Part shown: in pieces, positions 36,438 to 46,307 of the stretch | Numbering within the stretch: the stretch's first letter is position 1 | Layout: each line of letters opens with the position of its first letter | Virus record (IMG/VR): IMGVR_UViG_3300028591_000161 | Coordinates: 1-64,000 of that record | Reading direction: 5' to 3' (one strand) | DNA length: 64,000 nucleotides | Origin: a virus | Lineage: Duplodnaviria; Caudoviricetes | The notes under the pieces: model-generated | The model's database searches: none | What the model was told of the DNA's origin: nothing | Seen by the model: the letters and a program-made list of their open reading frames with translations, nothing else | Position numbers and translations under genes: made by a program

Positions 36438-36478
36438 TGGTGTGGGGGCTTTCGCCCCCACATTCCATTTTTTTTTAT
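36436..36478. terminator. Intrinsic terminator between convergent genes
   Basis: TGTGGGGGC-TTTC-GCCCCCACA with an extended stem and long T tract. Confidence 0.8.
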
Positions 36479-36927
36479 CTTGGTTTCTTCTTGAAAAGAA
36501 TGTAACGTGGACGCTCCTCATTGAACCAGGCCCATCGGATACAATCATCAAGAACAACTGCAACCCCGGATAATATGAACCATAAACAGGAATTTGCAAG
36601 ACAGATTTGCCCTTTCAGATTCAAAAACCGACCGGTGTAGTCCCATACATTCCATCCAAGTCGAATATTGATGAAATATCCGGAGATTAATTCCAATGCC
36701 GTGATCACAAATGCCCCATAGAACATTTGCAATGGAAAAGGAATATCCCATGTGTACCATTCATTCAACAAACCGATGATGACGAAACAGAGTCCGCCAA
36801 CAATGAACATCGTCCAGTGCGTGAATCCGCGCATCGCGATTTCGATCATTGCGTATATAATGCCTCCGATTAGAAATAATACCGATTCACGTAACATCCA
36901 TTTCATCACTGTTTGGGCTGTTTTCAT
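36475..36927 (-). CDS. CmpB/DUF1113-like ('putative ABC transporter type IV') membrane protein of phage tail modules
   Basis: FLIGGIIYAMIEIAMRGFTHWTMFIVGG and WNVWDYT…NLKGQICL motifs; four TM segments. Confidence 0.75.
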   Translation of the reverse strand: MKTAQTVMKWMLRESVLFLIGGIIYAMIEIAMRGFTHWTMFIVGGLCFVIIGLLNEWYTWDIPFPLQMFYGAFVITALELISGYFINIRLGWNVWDYTGRFLNLKGQICLANSCLWFILSGVAVVLDDCIRWAWFNEERPRYILFKKKPR

Positions 36928-37333
36928 TTTGATCACCCTCCAAAACAATATCAGTTGCGGTTTTGATTGTATCGAAGATTACTGAGAATACATTGACGAT
37001 TGCTGCATGCAGATTTGGATTCTGAATGTTATTAATAACTTCTTGGGTTGCGAGTCGTGATGTGATCGTCATTGTCGCAACACGTGAAGCACCCATGCCG
37101 GAGATGTCGTTTGCGTTGATGGCAATAACAACAGTTCCACCAGCAAGGCCTTCATTCAGAATCACAATGTAATCCGCGAGTTCGGTTTCGATTCTGTACG
37201 TCATTTCACCAGCCTGCTCTGACGTCAAATTCAAAGTGCTCTCGATTGTTGAGATAACACGGTCGAAAATGACGTACTGATTTTGCAGATCTGATACATT
37301 CTCTGACATACGTGTTTGGATTTCTTCTCTCAT
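36887..37333 (-). CDS. Hypothetical protein (tail module)
   Basis: 148-aa ORF with RBS AAGGAGG. Confidence 0.65.
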   Translation of the reverse strand: MREEIQTRMSENVSDLQNQYVIFDRVISTIESTLNLTSEQAGEMTYRIETELADYIVILNEGLAGGTVVIAINANDISGMGASRVATMTITSRLATQEVINNIQNPNLHAAIVNVFSVIFDTIKTATDIVLEGDQNENSPNSDEMDVT

Positions 37334-37346
37334 GATATAGACCTCC

Positions 37347-38027
37347 TTAAGTCATAAAATCTGGAAGCGTGTCATTCACAAACTCCCGTTGTGGATGCAC
37401 AATCGTGTCATAATCGAATGGGTCATCGATTGTTGTCTCGAAATGAATCTGCGTTGTCTCGATGATCCTTTGCATTTGTTGATTCAAATCAGGATCGTCG
37501 ATTGGTGAGCCATATTTGAAATTCTTGATTTTGTCAAAGTCTCGCAGTGATTCGATATATGCTTTCGCAAAGTTGTTGTATGTTGTATGGTATGTAACCC
37601 ATGCAACGCCAATTTGAGAAATTTGAAGAATCTCCTGTGGGGTATATTGCCGACACAGCTTTCCGTCAGCATGATAGAACAGTGGCATTTCCGGCATCAT
37701 TGCAGCTTGTGTTGCAAGCTTGGACAGATTCATCTGGTCTGTTGCGTCCAGAGAATAATGGTCTTCACCAATCTGAATACCCGATTCAATCACAGTGTGG
37801 CATGTTGCTGAAATGAATGCGAGCTTGTGATGTTTTGCTTCGCGAATATGTTCCGCATCTGCATCAGTACGAAGTACAAATTGCCCATCAAAATATCTGT
37901 ATGAGAAGATGTCTTCCATGATATCTGGTGGAACAGCTTGTACCTCACAACACCCTTCATCATTCGGATTACCACCGACAGTGATTGCTTCAATGATGTT
38001 GTAATCATTATCGAGTCTAAGAATCAT
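37347..38027 (-). CDS. DUF4376-like tail-fibre assembly/chaperone protein
   Basis: K…ISATCHTVIESG…HYSLDATDQMNL…YHADGKLCRQYT pattern, directly downstream of a tail fibre. Start 38027 after AAGGAGG. Confidence 0.65.
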   Translation of the reverse strand: MILRLDNDYNIIEAITVGGNPNDEGCCEVQAVPPDIMEDIFSYRYFDGQFVLRTDADAEHIREAKHHKLAFISATCHTVIESGIQIGEDHYSLDATDQMNLSKLATQAAMMPEMPLFYHADGKLCRQYTPQEILQISQIGVAWVTYHTTYNNFAKAYIESLRDFDKIKNFKYGSPIDDPDLNQQMQRIIETTQIHFETTIDDPFDYDTIVHPQREFVNDTLPDFMT

Positions 38028-38040
38028 TTGATTTCCCTCC

Positions 38041-41000
38041 TTAATAAATTCCGTAAATACGGATGATACCAACCTTTGCATTGCTTGCATGTGTAAACAC
38101 AATCGTGTTGTCGTCTTTCCATTGCACAAGCATTCTTGTTGCACTGGATGAACCTGTATTTGATGGGTTATATCCTTCACCGGCATAATATCCAGGATTC
38201 GATGAACTAATCGCTGCATTGTAATTTGATTTCGATTTCACGTATTCAAGCGGTACAAGGAAATTGTAATTTGTCGCATTCGTGTTTGATGACGTCCAAG
38301 TTGAATTCTGGATGCATACATACACGACTTTCCAGTTTGTAAATAGATTGGTAACACTACATTGCGCGGATGTCGTGGATGAAGATGATGCTTCATATAA
38401 CAATGATTGCCCTGAAGCTTTGCGAATCATGATGTTTCCATTTTCATTTGGCAAATATAATGTTCGATTTTCGCCAGAAACATTCGACATGATTTGTGAA
38501 TAATATGCACCTGCACCACATATTCTACAATAACCACGCTTATTACCAGCGGTGCCGGTTGGTATAGTATTACCCAATTCAATCAAACCATATCCAGCGG
38601 TACTTGACGTACCTTCGACCGTTCGATACTTTAAACCATCATTCTTCAATGGATCCACACCAATTAAATCTGAATCTGATTGTGCCATGAATGGAATCTG
38701 ATATGTCGTTGCTGAAGCAGGATTAGTATTTTTTGGATGGATAATATCAGCATAGTCCATGGTCAATGCGGTTCCTTCGTATGTCGACGAACCGTTACCG
38801 GCATTATTGATTACTTCCCATCCAGAGTTTAGTGAGTAGCCATTTAATCCAGCTTCGAAAATAGGTGCGACAGAAATAGATTCATATCTGGCTTTTTCAC
38901 ATTTCACCCAAATTTGAAATGTAACATGGGTTGGTGATGTTGTTGATACATTTGTTGTTACAACAACTTTGTCATGAATCTGTCCATCTGTTACGAGCCA
39001 TTTAACGGTTGATCCATTTATGACTCCCGTTGATCCGTTTGCATTAATGACTACATATAATATACCAATACCTGTATGCGATGTATAGTTTGCTGATACG
39101 ATAAAAGTCGTCGCTCTGTAGGTATTTGCAGTTGTGGAAGTGAATTCAGCAACTTTTGCCCAACAATTTGTTGCATATGCGGTATTCGAATTATAAAACC
39201 AACCAGAGCGGTGTTTTAATTGCCATGCAAATGATGTTGTTGCAATCTTTGTAGATGAATCCGCATTACGCGGTTTTACATCCTGTGTCACACCTGTTGT
39301 AGATCCATCGATGGTTCCGATTAACTTTCCAGATATGTTTGTGAAGTATCCATAGTTCCATCGTTTTGATGCAGCACCGACTGAGTACATATCATCATTC
39401 CACGGACGTAATGTTCCGGCTGAAGACCAGATAAACGTCTTTAAGTTTGTACCTTCTTCATGCGTTGTATCGGTAAGTGAATTCGCTCCTGATACGAAGT
39501 ACACATCACTGTCTGCACCAATCATAACAGATTCTGAACCATATGTCATGGCGGAACTATACGGTGTTGTATCAGCATCGGTAACAGTCGTACGCAGATT
39601 GTGTCCAGCTTCACCACCACCAATGATTGTCAATCCACCGCTGCCTTCACCGATACACAAACAGTATCCATATCGATCATATGGGTACAGACCAATGAAA
39701 GCACCTTCGAATGTACCCGAGGTGCCGCTTGCGGACCATGGGTACCTGTATCGAAGCAGCCATCCATGTAAATCATTATCGACAATCGAGTGTTCCCCGT
39801 ATGCAAATTCATACCATTGATTATTGTAAGCCTTTCCAATAAAGAAATATCCCATCATATTGTTGGCTGATGTTTCTGCATTGCCGAACATTCCATATGA
39901 ACCGAGGGCTGTGCCAGAAAAATCATCTTTATAGGCGGTGACAGATCGGCCCCATCCATACAATGAAGAGACTTTGTATACTTGACCTGTTGATTTATAC
40001 TGGACACCTTGCGACTCCGATGCATCGCTGTATATCGATATAATTGCACCGGTATCCATTTTACCACCTGCAAGTGGTAAATAATCATCAGCCAATGCGA
40101 AATCATCAAGATTATATGTCGTTGCATTTGTACCGGTTAGAGAAAAATACCACCGCGGTGAAAGTTCACTTGCAGTTCGCTGACCACCACCGAATGTAAT
40201 TTTTTCTGTATCATATGCACTTGACATGAAGCACTTAACATCGCCGCCACCGTACACCAATCCTGCTGAATAATTACCCGCAAGATATGGCGGCGTTGTT
40301 GCAGCTGTATTTCCTCTGATTACATATAACGCATGACCCGAACCAGTGATACCCATTGCTTCCCATGTGGCATCATTCGATGTTGTCAAGTAATATGTAT
40401 TACCAGTATGCAGTATGGAATAAATACTGTCATTTGTGTTGGCATCGTTTGGGACAGAAATCAGAACAGATTTATTACCGGTTCCCGTAGTGGGATTGTA
40501 TCCAGTACTGATATATGTTTCACCGATGTGGTCGTGTGTTGCTCGTTGTGATTTTCCAATCCATAGGTTTGAAGTATTATATGATATTAATGAAAATTCA
40601 TAACCATCTGGATTGGTAGAGTCGCCTCGATCCTTGGTGTAAATGTATGAACCTTTTCGATTCATACGGAATATTCCGTTACTCGGATTAAATGTCAGCA
40701 GATTTGATCGGTTTACAGTCTGTGCAGTAGTTCCTGTTTGTGATGCTGTGTAATATGAAAGAAGCAAAGGGACTTCTGCATTTACGGTTGTTATGTTCTG
40801 AGTCACCTTTGTATCAGTTGGAGTCCCTGTTGTCAATACAATATTCCCATTTTCAATAGAAATGTCTGAGATAAAACCACCTGAAGATGATCTCGATATT
40901 GAAGGTAATGAGAAAACCCATGGTGAAAAATTTTCATACCAGGAGTGAATTTTTCCAAGACCGATTGCCAAATCTTCTGTGTGATTGAGATTCGGTCCTT

Positions 41001-41094
41001 GTATCTCATGTGTCCAATCTATATCTGATGAATCACCAGTCCATGGTTTCAATTCAACGGGAATAATTGCTCCATAGAAATGTTTCTCACTCAC
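38041..41094 (-). CDS. Tail fibre / receptor-binding protein
   Basis: 1017-aa Gly/Ser/Thr-rich beta-type protein with YLPLAGG and SVGAASKRW fibre repeats. Confidence 0.75.
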   Translation of the reverse strand: MSEKHFYGAIIPVELKPWTGDSSDIDWTHEIQGPNLNHTEDLAIGLGKIHSWYENFSPWVFSLPSISRSSSGGFISDISIENGNIVLTTGTPTDTKVTQNITTVNAEVPLLLSYYTASQTGTTAQTVNRSNLLTFNPSNGIFRMNRKGSYIYTKDRGDSTNPDGYEFSLISYNTSNLWIGKSQRATHDHIGETYISTGYNPTTGTGNKSVLISVPNDANTNDSIYSILHTGNTYYLTTSNDATWEAMGITGSGHALYVIRGNTAATTPPYLAGNYSAGLVYGGGDVKCFMSSAYDTEKITFGGGQRTASELSPRWYFSLTGTNATTYNLDDFALADDYLPLAGGKMDTGAIISIYSDASESQGVQYKSTGQVYKVSSLYGWGRSVTAYKDDFSGTALGSYGMFGNAETSANNMMGYFFIGKAYNNQWYEFAYGEHSIVDNDLHGWLLRYRYPWSASGTSGTFEGAFIGLYPYDRYGYCLCIGEGSGGLTIIGGGEAGHNLRTTVTDADTTPYSSAMTYGSESVMIGADSDVYFVSGANSLTDTTHEEGTNLKTFIWSSAGTLRPWNDDMYSVGAASKRWNYGYFTNISGKLIGTIDGSTTGVTQDVKPRNADSSTKIATTSFAWQLKHRSGWFYNSNTAYATNCWAKVAEFTSTTANTYRATTFIVSANYTSHTGIGILYVVINANGSTGVINGSTVKWLVTDGQIHDKVVVTTNVSTTSPTHVTFQIWVKCEKARYESISVAPIFEAGLNGYSLNSGWEVINNAGNGSSTYEGTALTMDYADIIHPKNTNPASATTYQIPFMAQSDSDLIGVDPLKNDGLKYRTVEGTSSTAGYGLIELGNTIPTGTAGNKRGYCRICGAGAYYSQIMSNVSGENRTLYLPNENGNIMIRKASGQSLLYEASSSSTTSAQCSVTNLFTNWKVVYVCIQNSTWTSSNTNATNYNFLVPLEYVKSKSNYNAAISSSNPGYYAGEGYNPSNTGSSSATRMLVQWKDDNTIVFTHASNAKVGIIRIYGIY

Positions 41095-41116
41095 ATTATC
41101 TCCTCCTTATTTAGTA

Positions 41117-41134
41117 AAGATTACCTTAGCGTTT
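41117..41134 (-). promoter_or_regulatory. Late-type promoter motif AAACG-N6-TAATCTT
   Basis: AAACG CTAAGG TAA TCTT lies upstream of tail fibre 38041..41094. Confidence 0.6.
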
Positions 41135-41146
41135 TCCGAATATAAT

Positions 41147-41183
41147 GATGTAATACGCGGGGTCAAGCCCCGCGTATTACATC
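41147..41183 (-). terminator. Intrinsic terminator upstream of a late promoter
   Basis: 16-bp stem GATGTAATACGCGGGG/CCCCGCGTATTACATC. Confidence 0.7.
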
Positions 41184-41188
41184 TTGTT

Positions 41189-42814
41189 TCATGAACCTGC
41201 TACGACATGAAGTACGAGTGTATCCGCTGTTGTAACCGGATCATCACTCCATGCACCATCGCTTCGGAGATAATGTCGATTTCCGTTTGCATTATATGTA
41301 TCCGCTGCAGGTGCTGGTACGATACCACGTGTTCCAGCAGCAGAAGCCGTTGCACCAGTAAAGTTGTTCAGCTGACCCCATTTTGCAGTACCGGATGAAC
41401 CCCCATACATCAATACGGCAAATCCTGCATATGACCCAGAAGCATATGCTGTCAAGACGCCAGATGAATCATCACCACCACCAGTTGGAATGTGTTTATT
41501 TCCTGCAGTCGTTGGATGTGTATAGATTGTCAGATCTGCGTCCGCAGCATTTGTGTATTTTCTCGTAATAACACCGTTAGATTTATAAATCACATCCGAC
41601 AATGCATCGACAGATGGAGACTTCAGTGAAATCCATGCAGAACCACTCCAACGATATGTCGGACCATCTGCTTTTGTTGGTGTACTGACATCGACATAGA
41701 TCTTACCCTTTTCCGGTGTAAGTTCGGTTGTTGGGGAATCGGGATCATAAATCTTTCCGGTCGTGGCATCATAAAGTACTTCGACGGTATCGTCAACATA
41801 CGACGGAAGATACTTTGAGTTGACAACCAGACCGGAATCCAGGAAGTCGACAGTTCCATCTGGTTTTGCAGGAACAAATGCCGTTGTAGCTTCATATGCT
41901 GCGGATCCGAGTCCGTGAATAGAGATCGTTTTTGCAGATCCGCCAGCTGGTGTCACGGTGAATGCACCATTTGTAGAACCTTCGGCAAATGTGTAAGTCG
42001 TATCTGTAAATACAGCATCCGCGGGAACCGTTTTTCCGATTGTAAACCCATTGACAGTACCAAGGAAATTCGTTGCAGTCAATGTTCCTGTTGATGGATT
42101 CACATAAATGGAATTGTTTCTGTTTGCAAAATCAGCTGCAGGAGATGCTGATGTATTTGATGTTTCAAACACAGAGAACAACAGTGGATACATTTTGTTG
42201 TCGCTCTTCAGTTGTTGCATAACACGGTCATTACCAGTTCCTGCAGGCGCATACAGAGTTACCGCTGTTCCATCGATTGTCAGGGTGCCGACTTCAGATC
42301 CAGATGTCATCGTTTGTGTAAATGAAACCGTAGACTTTCCAGCAGCGAGATCATATGCAGACTTAACTGCAGATGGAGTTGCTGCAAGTGATGTTGACGT
42401 GGATGATGTCGAAGTTGACAACTTGACCAAACCGTATGTGGAAGTCGAACCAGCTGGAACAGTCGCAGTTGTCGCAGTTCCAGAAGATGGTGTCAACGTT
42501 ATGACATATGTGTCATCACTTGCTGCTCCAGAAAGTGAGAATGTTGTATCAGTAAATACAGCTGTCGAAGGGACATCCTTGGCAACAGTATGACCGGATA
42601 CTTTAGAAGCATTACCAGTCCACACAACTGGATTCCAGTTGTTATACCAGTTTTGAATTTTACCAAATGCAAGAGCAAGGTCTTGTTCGGTAGGGGAACC
42701 TGATATGTTCGAAGCATGATTGTTTCCACCTTCGACAGTAACGTCCGAAGCAGCTTCGGTAAACGCCATAGGAATGATGACGTTTGTAAATATCTTTTGA
42801 GGCATATCATTCAT
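41189..42814 (-). CDS. Tail fibre protein
   Basis: TYGLVKLS…ATPSAVK fibre repeat, VPADAVFTDTTY repeats and a LPSYVDD motif. Confidence 0.75.
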   Translation of the reverse strand: MNDMPQKIFTNVIIPMAFTEAASDVTVEGGNNHASNISGSPTEQDLALAFGKIQNWYNNWNPVVWTGNASKVSGHTVAKDVPSTAVFTDTTFSLSGAASDDTYVITLTPSSGTATTATVPAGSTSTYGLVKLSTSTSSTSTSLAATPSAVKSAYDLAAGKSTVSFTQTMTSGSEVGTLTIDGTAVTLYAPAGTGNDRVMQQLKSDNKMYPLLFSVFETSNTSASPAADFANRNNSIYVNPSTGTLTATNFLGTVNGFTIGKTVPADAVFTDTTYTFAEGSTNGAFTVTPAGGSAKTISIHGLGSAAYEATTAFVPAKPDGTVDFLDSGLVVNSKYLPSYVDDTVEVLYDATTGKIYDPDSPTTELTPEKGKIYVDVSTPTKADGPTYRWSGSAWISLKSPSVDALSDVIYKSNGVITRKYTNAADADLTIYTHPTTAGNKHIPTGGGDDSSGVLTAYASGSYAGFAVLMYGGSSGTAKWGQLNNFTGATASAAGTRGIVPAPAADTYNANGNRHYLRSDGAWSDDPVTTADTLVLHVVAGS

Positions 42815-42822
42815 CCTTTCTA

Positions 42823-45177
42823 TTATGAGTTATCAGATATCACATGTAATACGAGATTCTGGTAATCGGGTATTGATACGACACCATTTGAAACGGTAAA
42901 ATCATTTGTAAACTGCATCACAGATGTCGTTTCACCATTTTCAACAGAAACCAATTTGTTTCCTTGCGTCTCAAGATGTGTAACGCCCGTATTTGTGATA
43001 ACGTACTTTCCAATTTCGATTGGCCATGATAATTCGCATGTCAACAAATCATTTTCATCGATTGTCGTTTCTGGATCATCTCGGAGGACAATGATGAAAT
43101 ACGATGCATTTGAAGGTTTTGTGTCATCGCCTTCAAATGTTTGCCAATTCGATGTCATCGATATGAACTGGTGTGCTGAATCATAGAACGCAGCTTTCCA
43201 TTTCATATTATGACCGCCAACTGTCTGTGCCGACACATTCAACATTGGCGTCAAACCAACTTCGATTTCCGGAGAACGAATCGCGGTCGTCACAGCATTA
43301 TCCAATTCGCCATTATCCGAACGAACCGAGCCCTGTGACCATTGCAAGGAAGTGATATCCGTTGTTGTTGACCCAGGATCGATGGATATACCATCTCCGG
43401 CCGTGTATTCTGTTCCACTTCCACCGCCAGTTACAGTCAAAGCGCCATTCTGATCAAGGGACAGACCATCACCATATTTGACGTTGATTGCCTGTATGCC
43501 GATTATTACAGGGAAACTGTTCGTATATGTATTTCTGACGGTCGGAATTGATTCATTTCCTTTTGTATCAATTGTAAACCATGTTAACCCATTATCGGAT
43601 GATGCGAAAACAGTCCATGATACAGGATCACGCGCCGGAAAATCATTACCTGTGCAATACCGATATGACTTTAACGTACCCACAGTAATCGGTGTCGTCA
43701 GCACCATATCAATACGAATTCCAACATCATACCAATAACAACACATTTTTGTTGTAATGTCTCCGTCGAATAACTTAGTGACATTATCGGCTGCAACAGG
43801 ATAACTTGGCGATGATGAAGATTCGCCGACGTATGCTGCAACTGACGAAAATGTGATCAAATTGTCTGACGTATTGTAGAACTCGAGTTCTGACATTTGG
43901 AAATAGGTATCAGAAGAACGTTTGGATGTAGCAAAGAATCGGAGATTTGTAATTGGTATTTGTGAACCTGCACGGCGGAATTCGATTGCGTCTCCCGCTG
44001 TATAGTTTCCGCCACCACTACCACCGCCGCCTATTGCGGACAATACACCATCTTGATCAATAGACAATCCATCACCAACTTTGACACCACCTAATGTATT
44101 TGATGATGCTGCTGGTAATGTGTATACGGTGTCGGTTGCAGATAGAACGCCATTCGAATCAACCGAAAGGTTTTCTCCAATTTTAATACCACCGAGTGTA
44201 TCGGCAGCAGCAATCGGCAATTCATAGGGTGGATCTAATACCGCAGACAGAACACCTTCGGGTGTAATTGTCAGATGTGCTCCAACAATGATTCCACCGA
44301 GTGTTGTTGTTGTAGCAGGATCGATTGATCCTGCTGAAACCGATTTCCATGTACCGTCCGCACATAAAAATTTTGTGTAATCAGAAGCGGTCGGTGCTGG
44401 TACCAAACCAGATGTGCCATCATGAGATGATGTTGCACCCGTGAATGGTTCATAGTTATGTAAACTAGCGAGTTTTTGTTTCTCAGCAGTTGTATAATTC
44501 GCAGTCGTCGCATTCAGAATATCAATGTTATTGTGCGTATGCGCCTTTCGTTCAAGGGATGCTAATTCGGATTTCACTTCAGTATCATCATAATTCTCTA
44601 ATGACCGAAGTTTTGTCTGTTGTTCGATTGTAAACGCTGCACTGGTTGCATCCAATATTGGTTTGTTTGGATGTGTATGTGAAGCGGCATCAAGCCTGTT
44701 AATCGTGGGCATGATTTCGCTTCGTTTCACATATTCAGATAGATCAATATCAAATACACCACCAATGGAAATCCATCGAGATTCATTCCATAAATATGTG
44801 ATTGGATCTGGATAACCTGGGTTTTCTACAAATCGAATTTCACCGAGTTTATTACCGGCAATCGGCAATGATTCTTTTGATGGATAGATACGAGTTGTCG
44901 GAATGGTGACAGCCTTCAGGTTTGTGATGATTCGGTCGACTTCTTCTTTGGTATAATAATTTGATAAATCTCCACCGCCTTCCCCACCAACATACGGTAG
45001 TTGACGATAAAATTTGTTTCCTTCACCGACTTTCAACTTTGTAGTTCCATCAGTGAATAATTCGATACACAATACACCGCGTGGAATTGCAAAATTCGCA
45101 ATACCTGCTTCGGCCCATTGCGCCGAAGTGCGGATGATATGTTCAAAATGATCATATTGAACATTTTGAGAAGGCAT
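42823..45177 (-). CDS. Tail fibre/spike protein with Mtd-N-like N-terminus, LGG(I/V)K repeats and discoidin/F5-8-like domain
   Basis: N-terminal W…GVLCIE…KLKVGEG…LPY, HTHPNK repeats, three TLGG(I/V)(I/K)(V/I)G repeats, and FDGDITTK…NDFPARDPVSW. Confidence 0.72.
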   Translation of the reverse strand: MPSQNVQYDHFEHIIRTSAQWAEAGIANFAIPRGVLCIELFTDGTTKLKVGEGNKFYRQLPYVGGEGGGDLSNYYTKEEVDRIITNLKAVTIPTTRIYPSKESLPIAGNKLGEIRFVENPGYPDPITYLWNESRWISIGGVFDIDLSEYVKRSEIMPTINRLDAASHTHPNKPILDATSAAFTIEQQTKLRSLENYDDTEVKSELASLERKAHTHNNIDILNATTANYTTAEKQKLASLHNYEPFTGATSSHDGTSGLVPAPTASDYTKFLCADGTWKSVSAGSIDPATTTTLGGIIVGAHLTITPEGVLSAVLDPPYELPIAAADTLGGIKIGENLSVDSNGVLSATDTVYTLPAASSNTLGGVKVGDGLSIDQDGVLSAIGGGGSGGGNYTAGDAIEFRRAGSQIPITNLRFFATSKRSSDTYFQMSELEFYNTSDNLITFSSVAAYVGESSSSPSYPVAADNVTKLFDGDITTKMCCYWYDVGIRIDMVLTTPITVGTLKSYRYCTGNDFPARDPVSWTVFASSDNGLTWFTIDTKGNESIPTVRNTYTNSFPVIIGIQAINVKYGDGLSLDQNGALTVTGGGSGTEYTAGDGISIDPGSTTTDITSLQWSQGSVRSDNGELDNAVTTAIRSPEIEVGLTPMLNVSAQTVGGHNMKWKAAFYDSAHQFISMTSNWQTFEGDDTKPSNASYFIIVLRDDPETTIDENDLLTCELSWPIEIGKYVITNTGVTHLETQGNKLVSVENGETTSVMQFTNDFTVSNGVVSIPDYQNLVLHVISDNS

Positions 45178-45197
45178 TGTAATTCCTCCTTTCTTAC

Positions 45198-45215
45198 AAG
45201 GTTACTGAAACGTTT
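45198..45215 (-). promoter_or_regulatory. Late-type promoter motif AAACG-N6-TAACCTT
   Basis: AAACG TTTCAG TAA CCTT lies upstream of tail gene 42823..45177. Confidence 0.6.
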
Positions 45216-45221
45216 TGGGTG

Positions 45222-45249
45222 TATGTGCGGGGGATATCCCCCGCACATA
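45222..45249 (-). terminator. Perfect 28-bp palindrome/terminator upstream of a late promoter
   Basis: TATGTGCGGGGGAT|ATCCCCCGCACATA. Confidence 0.7.
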
Positions 45250-45256
45250 TTATTCG

Positions 45257-45931
45257 TTATTCGTCTTTTATCACGATTGCACCATCCGTATAATATTTTT
45301 CGTCATTTAACGTAATGATGCCTTCGTATGCCTTGAATTGTGTGAATGGCATGTAGTACGTATTGACAGAATAATTTCCGGTCGGACTGTTTGTTGGGAT
45401 TGACATCAGTCCGGTAAAAGATTGATGTGAATTCGAATCAATATTTACATTCGAATATGGATTCTGGTCGTTCCATGCAACAAAATATCCAGTATATATT
45501 ACACTTCCTGTAGTTGAGTAACGAACAAAACAACCAGTTTCGCCTCCCTTCGTTTCTGTGAAGAGAATAATACCACCCTGTGACGTCGATCCGCTGGATG
45601 TTGCGGTTTTGAACAAAACGCCGTGTTTACAAACAATCATTCTGTAAATGAATCTGGATCTACTGACACCCGTTGAATTTGGGGAAACCCACGCATCAGT
45701 CGGATTTCCAAACAGCGAAACTTTGTAACTACCTGAGCCAGCCATGTTTGCAAATTCAGCAATTATCTTGTCCCCATTGAAAAACCGAATACTGTCATCA
45801 GCGTCTGTTGTTGTAAATACCTCAACACGCGTGAAGACTTTAATGTCACCGCTTGTGATATATTTGGTGATCAATGTAGCGAGCTCGTTCATATTTGTAC
45901 TCGCATAACCCTGTATGTTTTCTACATACAC
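45257..45931 (-). CDS. Putative tail structural protein
   Basis: 224-aa beta-rich ORF in the tail operon with RBS AAAGGAG. Confidence 0.6.
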   Translation of the reverse strand: MYVENIQGYASTNMNELATLITKYITSGDIKVFTRVEVFTTTDADDSIRFFNGDKIIAEFANMAGSGSYKVSLFGNPTDAWVSPNSTGVSRSRFIYRMIVCKHGVLFKTATSSGSTSQGGIILFTETKGGETGCFVRYSTTGSVIYTGYFVAWNDQNPYSNVNIDSNSHQSFTGLMSIPTNSPTGNYSVNTYYMPFTQFKAYEGIITLNDEKYYTDGAIVIKDE

Positions 45932-45945
45932 AATGTATCACTCCT

Positions 45946-46287
45946 TTATTCATGTTCAGCCGATTCTACAACGATTCCCTCGAAGTAGACAGGTTTTGGA
46001 AAAGCATATCCCCATGGAGAACTTGTTCCTGATGGAGAAGGTTCGGGTCCAGGTCCAGGATCAGGTCGATAATCTGGGAATAAATCGTAGAAGGTGGTTC
46101 CGTCAACAGGTTTATGATTGTCAGTTTGTGTGATGTAGTATCGCGGGAAATGAAGTAATTCAAGAATCTGATCTGGTGTTGCAGTGTAACCTATGACGGG
46201 GTTGGGTTGATTAATGACCGTGATGTTTTTATGGCTGTCTGGTGGCAATGTAACATCAACGACATTAATTTTCAAAGTGTCTGCCAT
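45946..46287 (-). CDS. Small putative structural protein with Pro-rich linker
   Basis: 113-aa ORF containing PDPGPGPEPSPS. Confidence 0.6.
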   Translation of the reverse strand: MADTLKINVVDVTLPPDSHKNITVINQPNPVIGYTATPDQILELLHFPRYYITQTDNHKPVDGTTFYDLFPDYRPDPGPGPEPSPSGTSSPWGYAFPKPVYFEGIVVESAEHE

Positions 46288-46307
46288 TCAACTCAACCCC
46301 CATTCAT

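Noticed and set aside
38041-45177. Diversity-generating retroelement acting on the tail fibres
   Set aside because: There is no reverse transcriptase and no adenine-mismatched TR/VR nucleotide repeat pair visible; an Mtd-N-like domain alone is not evidence.
45946-46287. Possible homology between this protein and the N-terminus of 9900..10421
   Set aside because: The similarity (K(I/V)NV…L(L/F).F) is too weak to support without a profile search.
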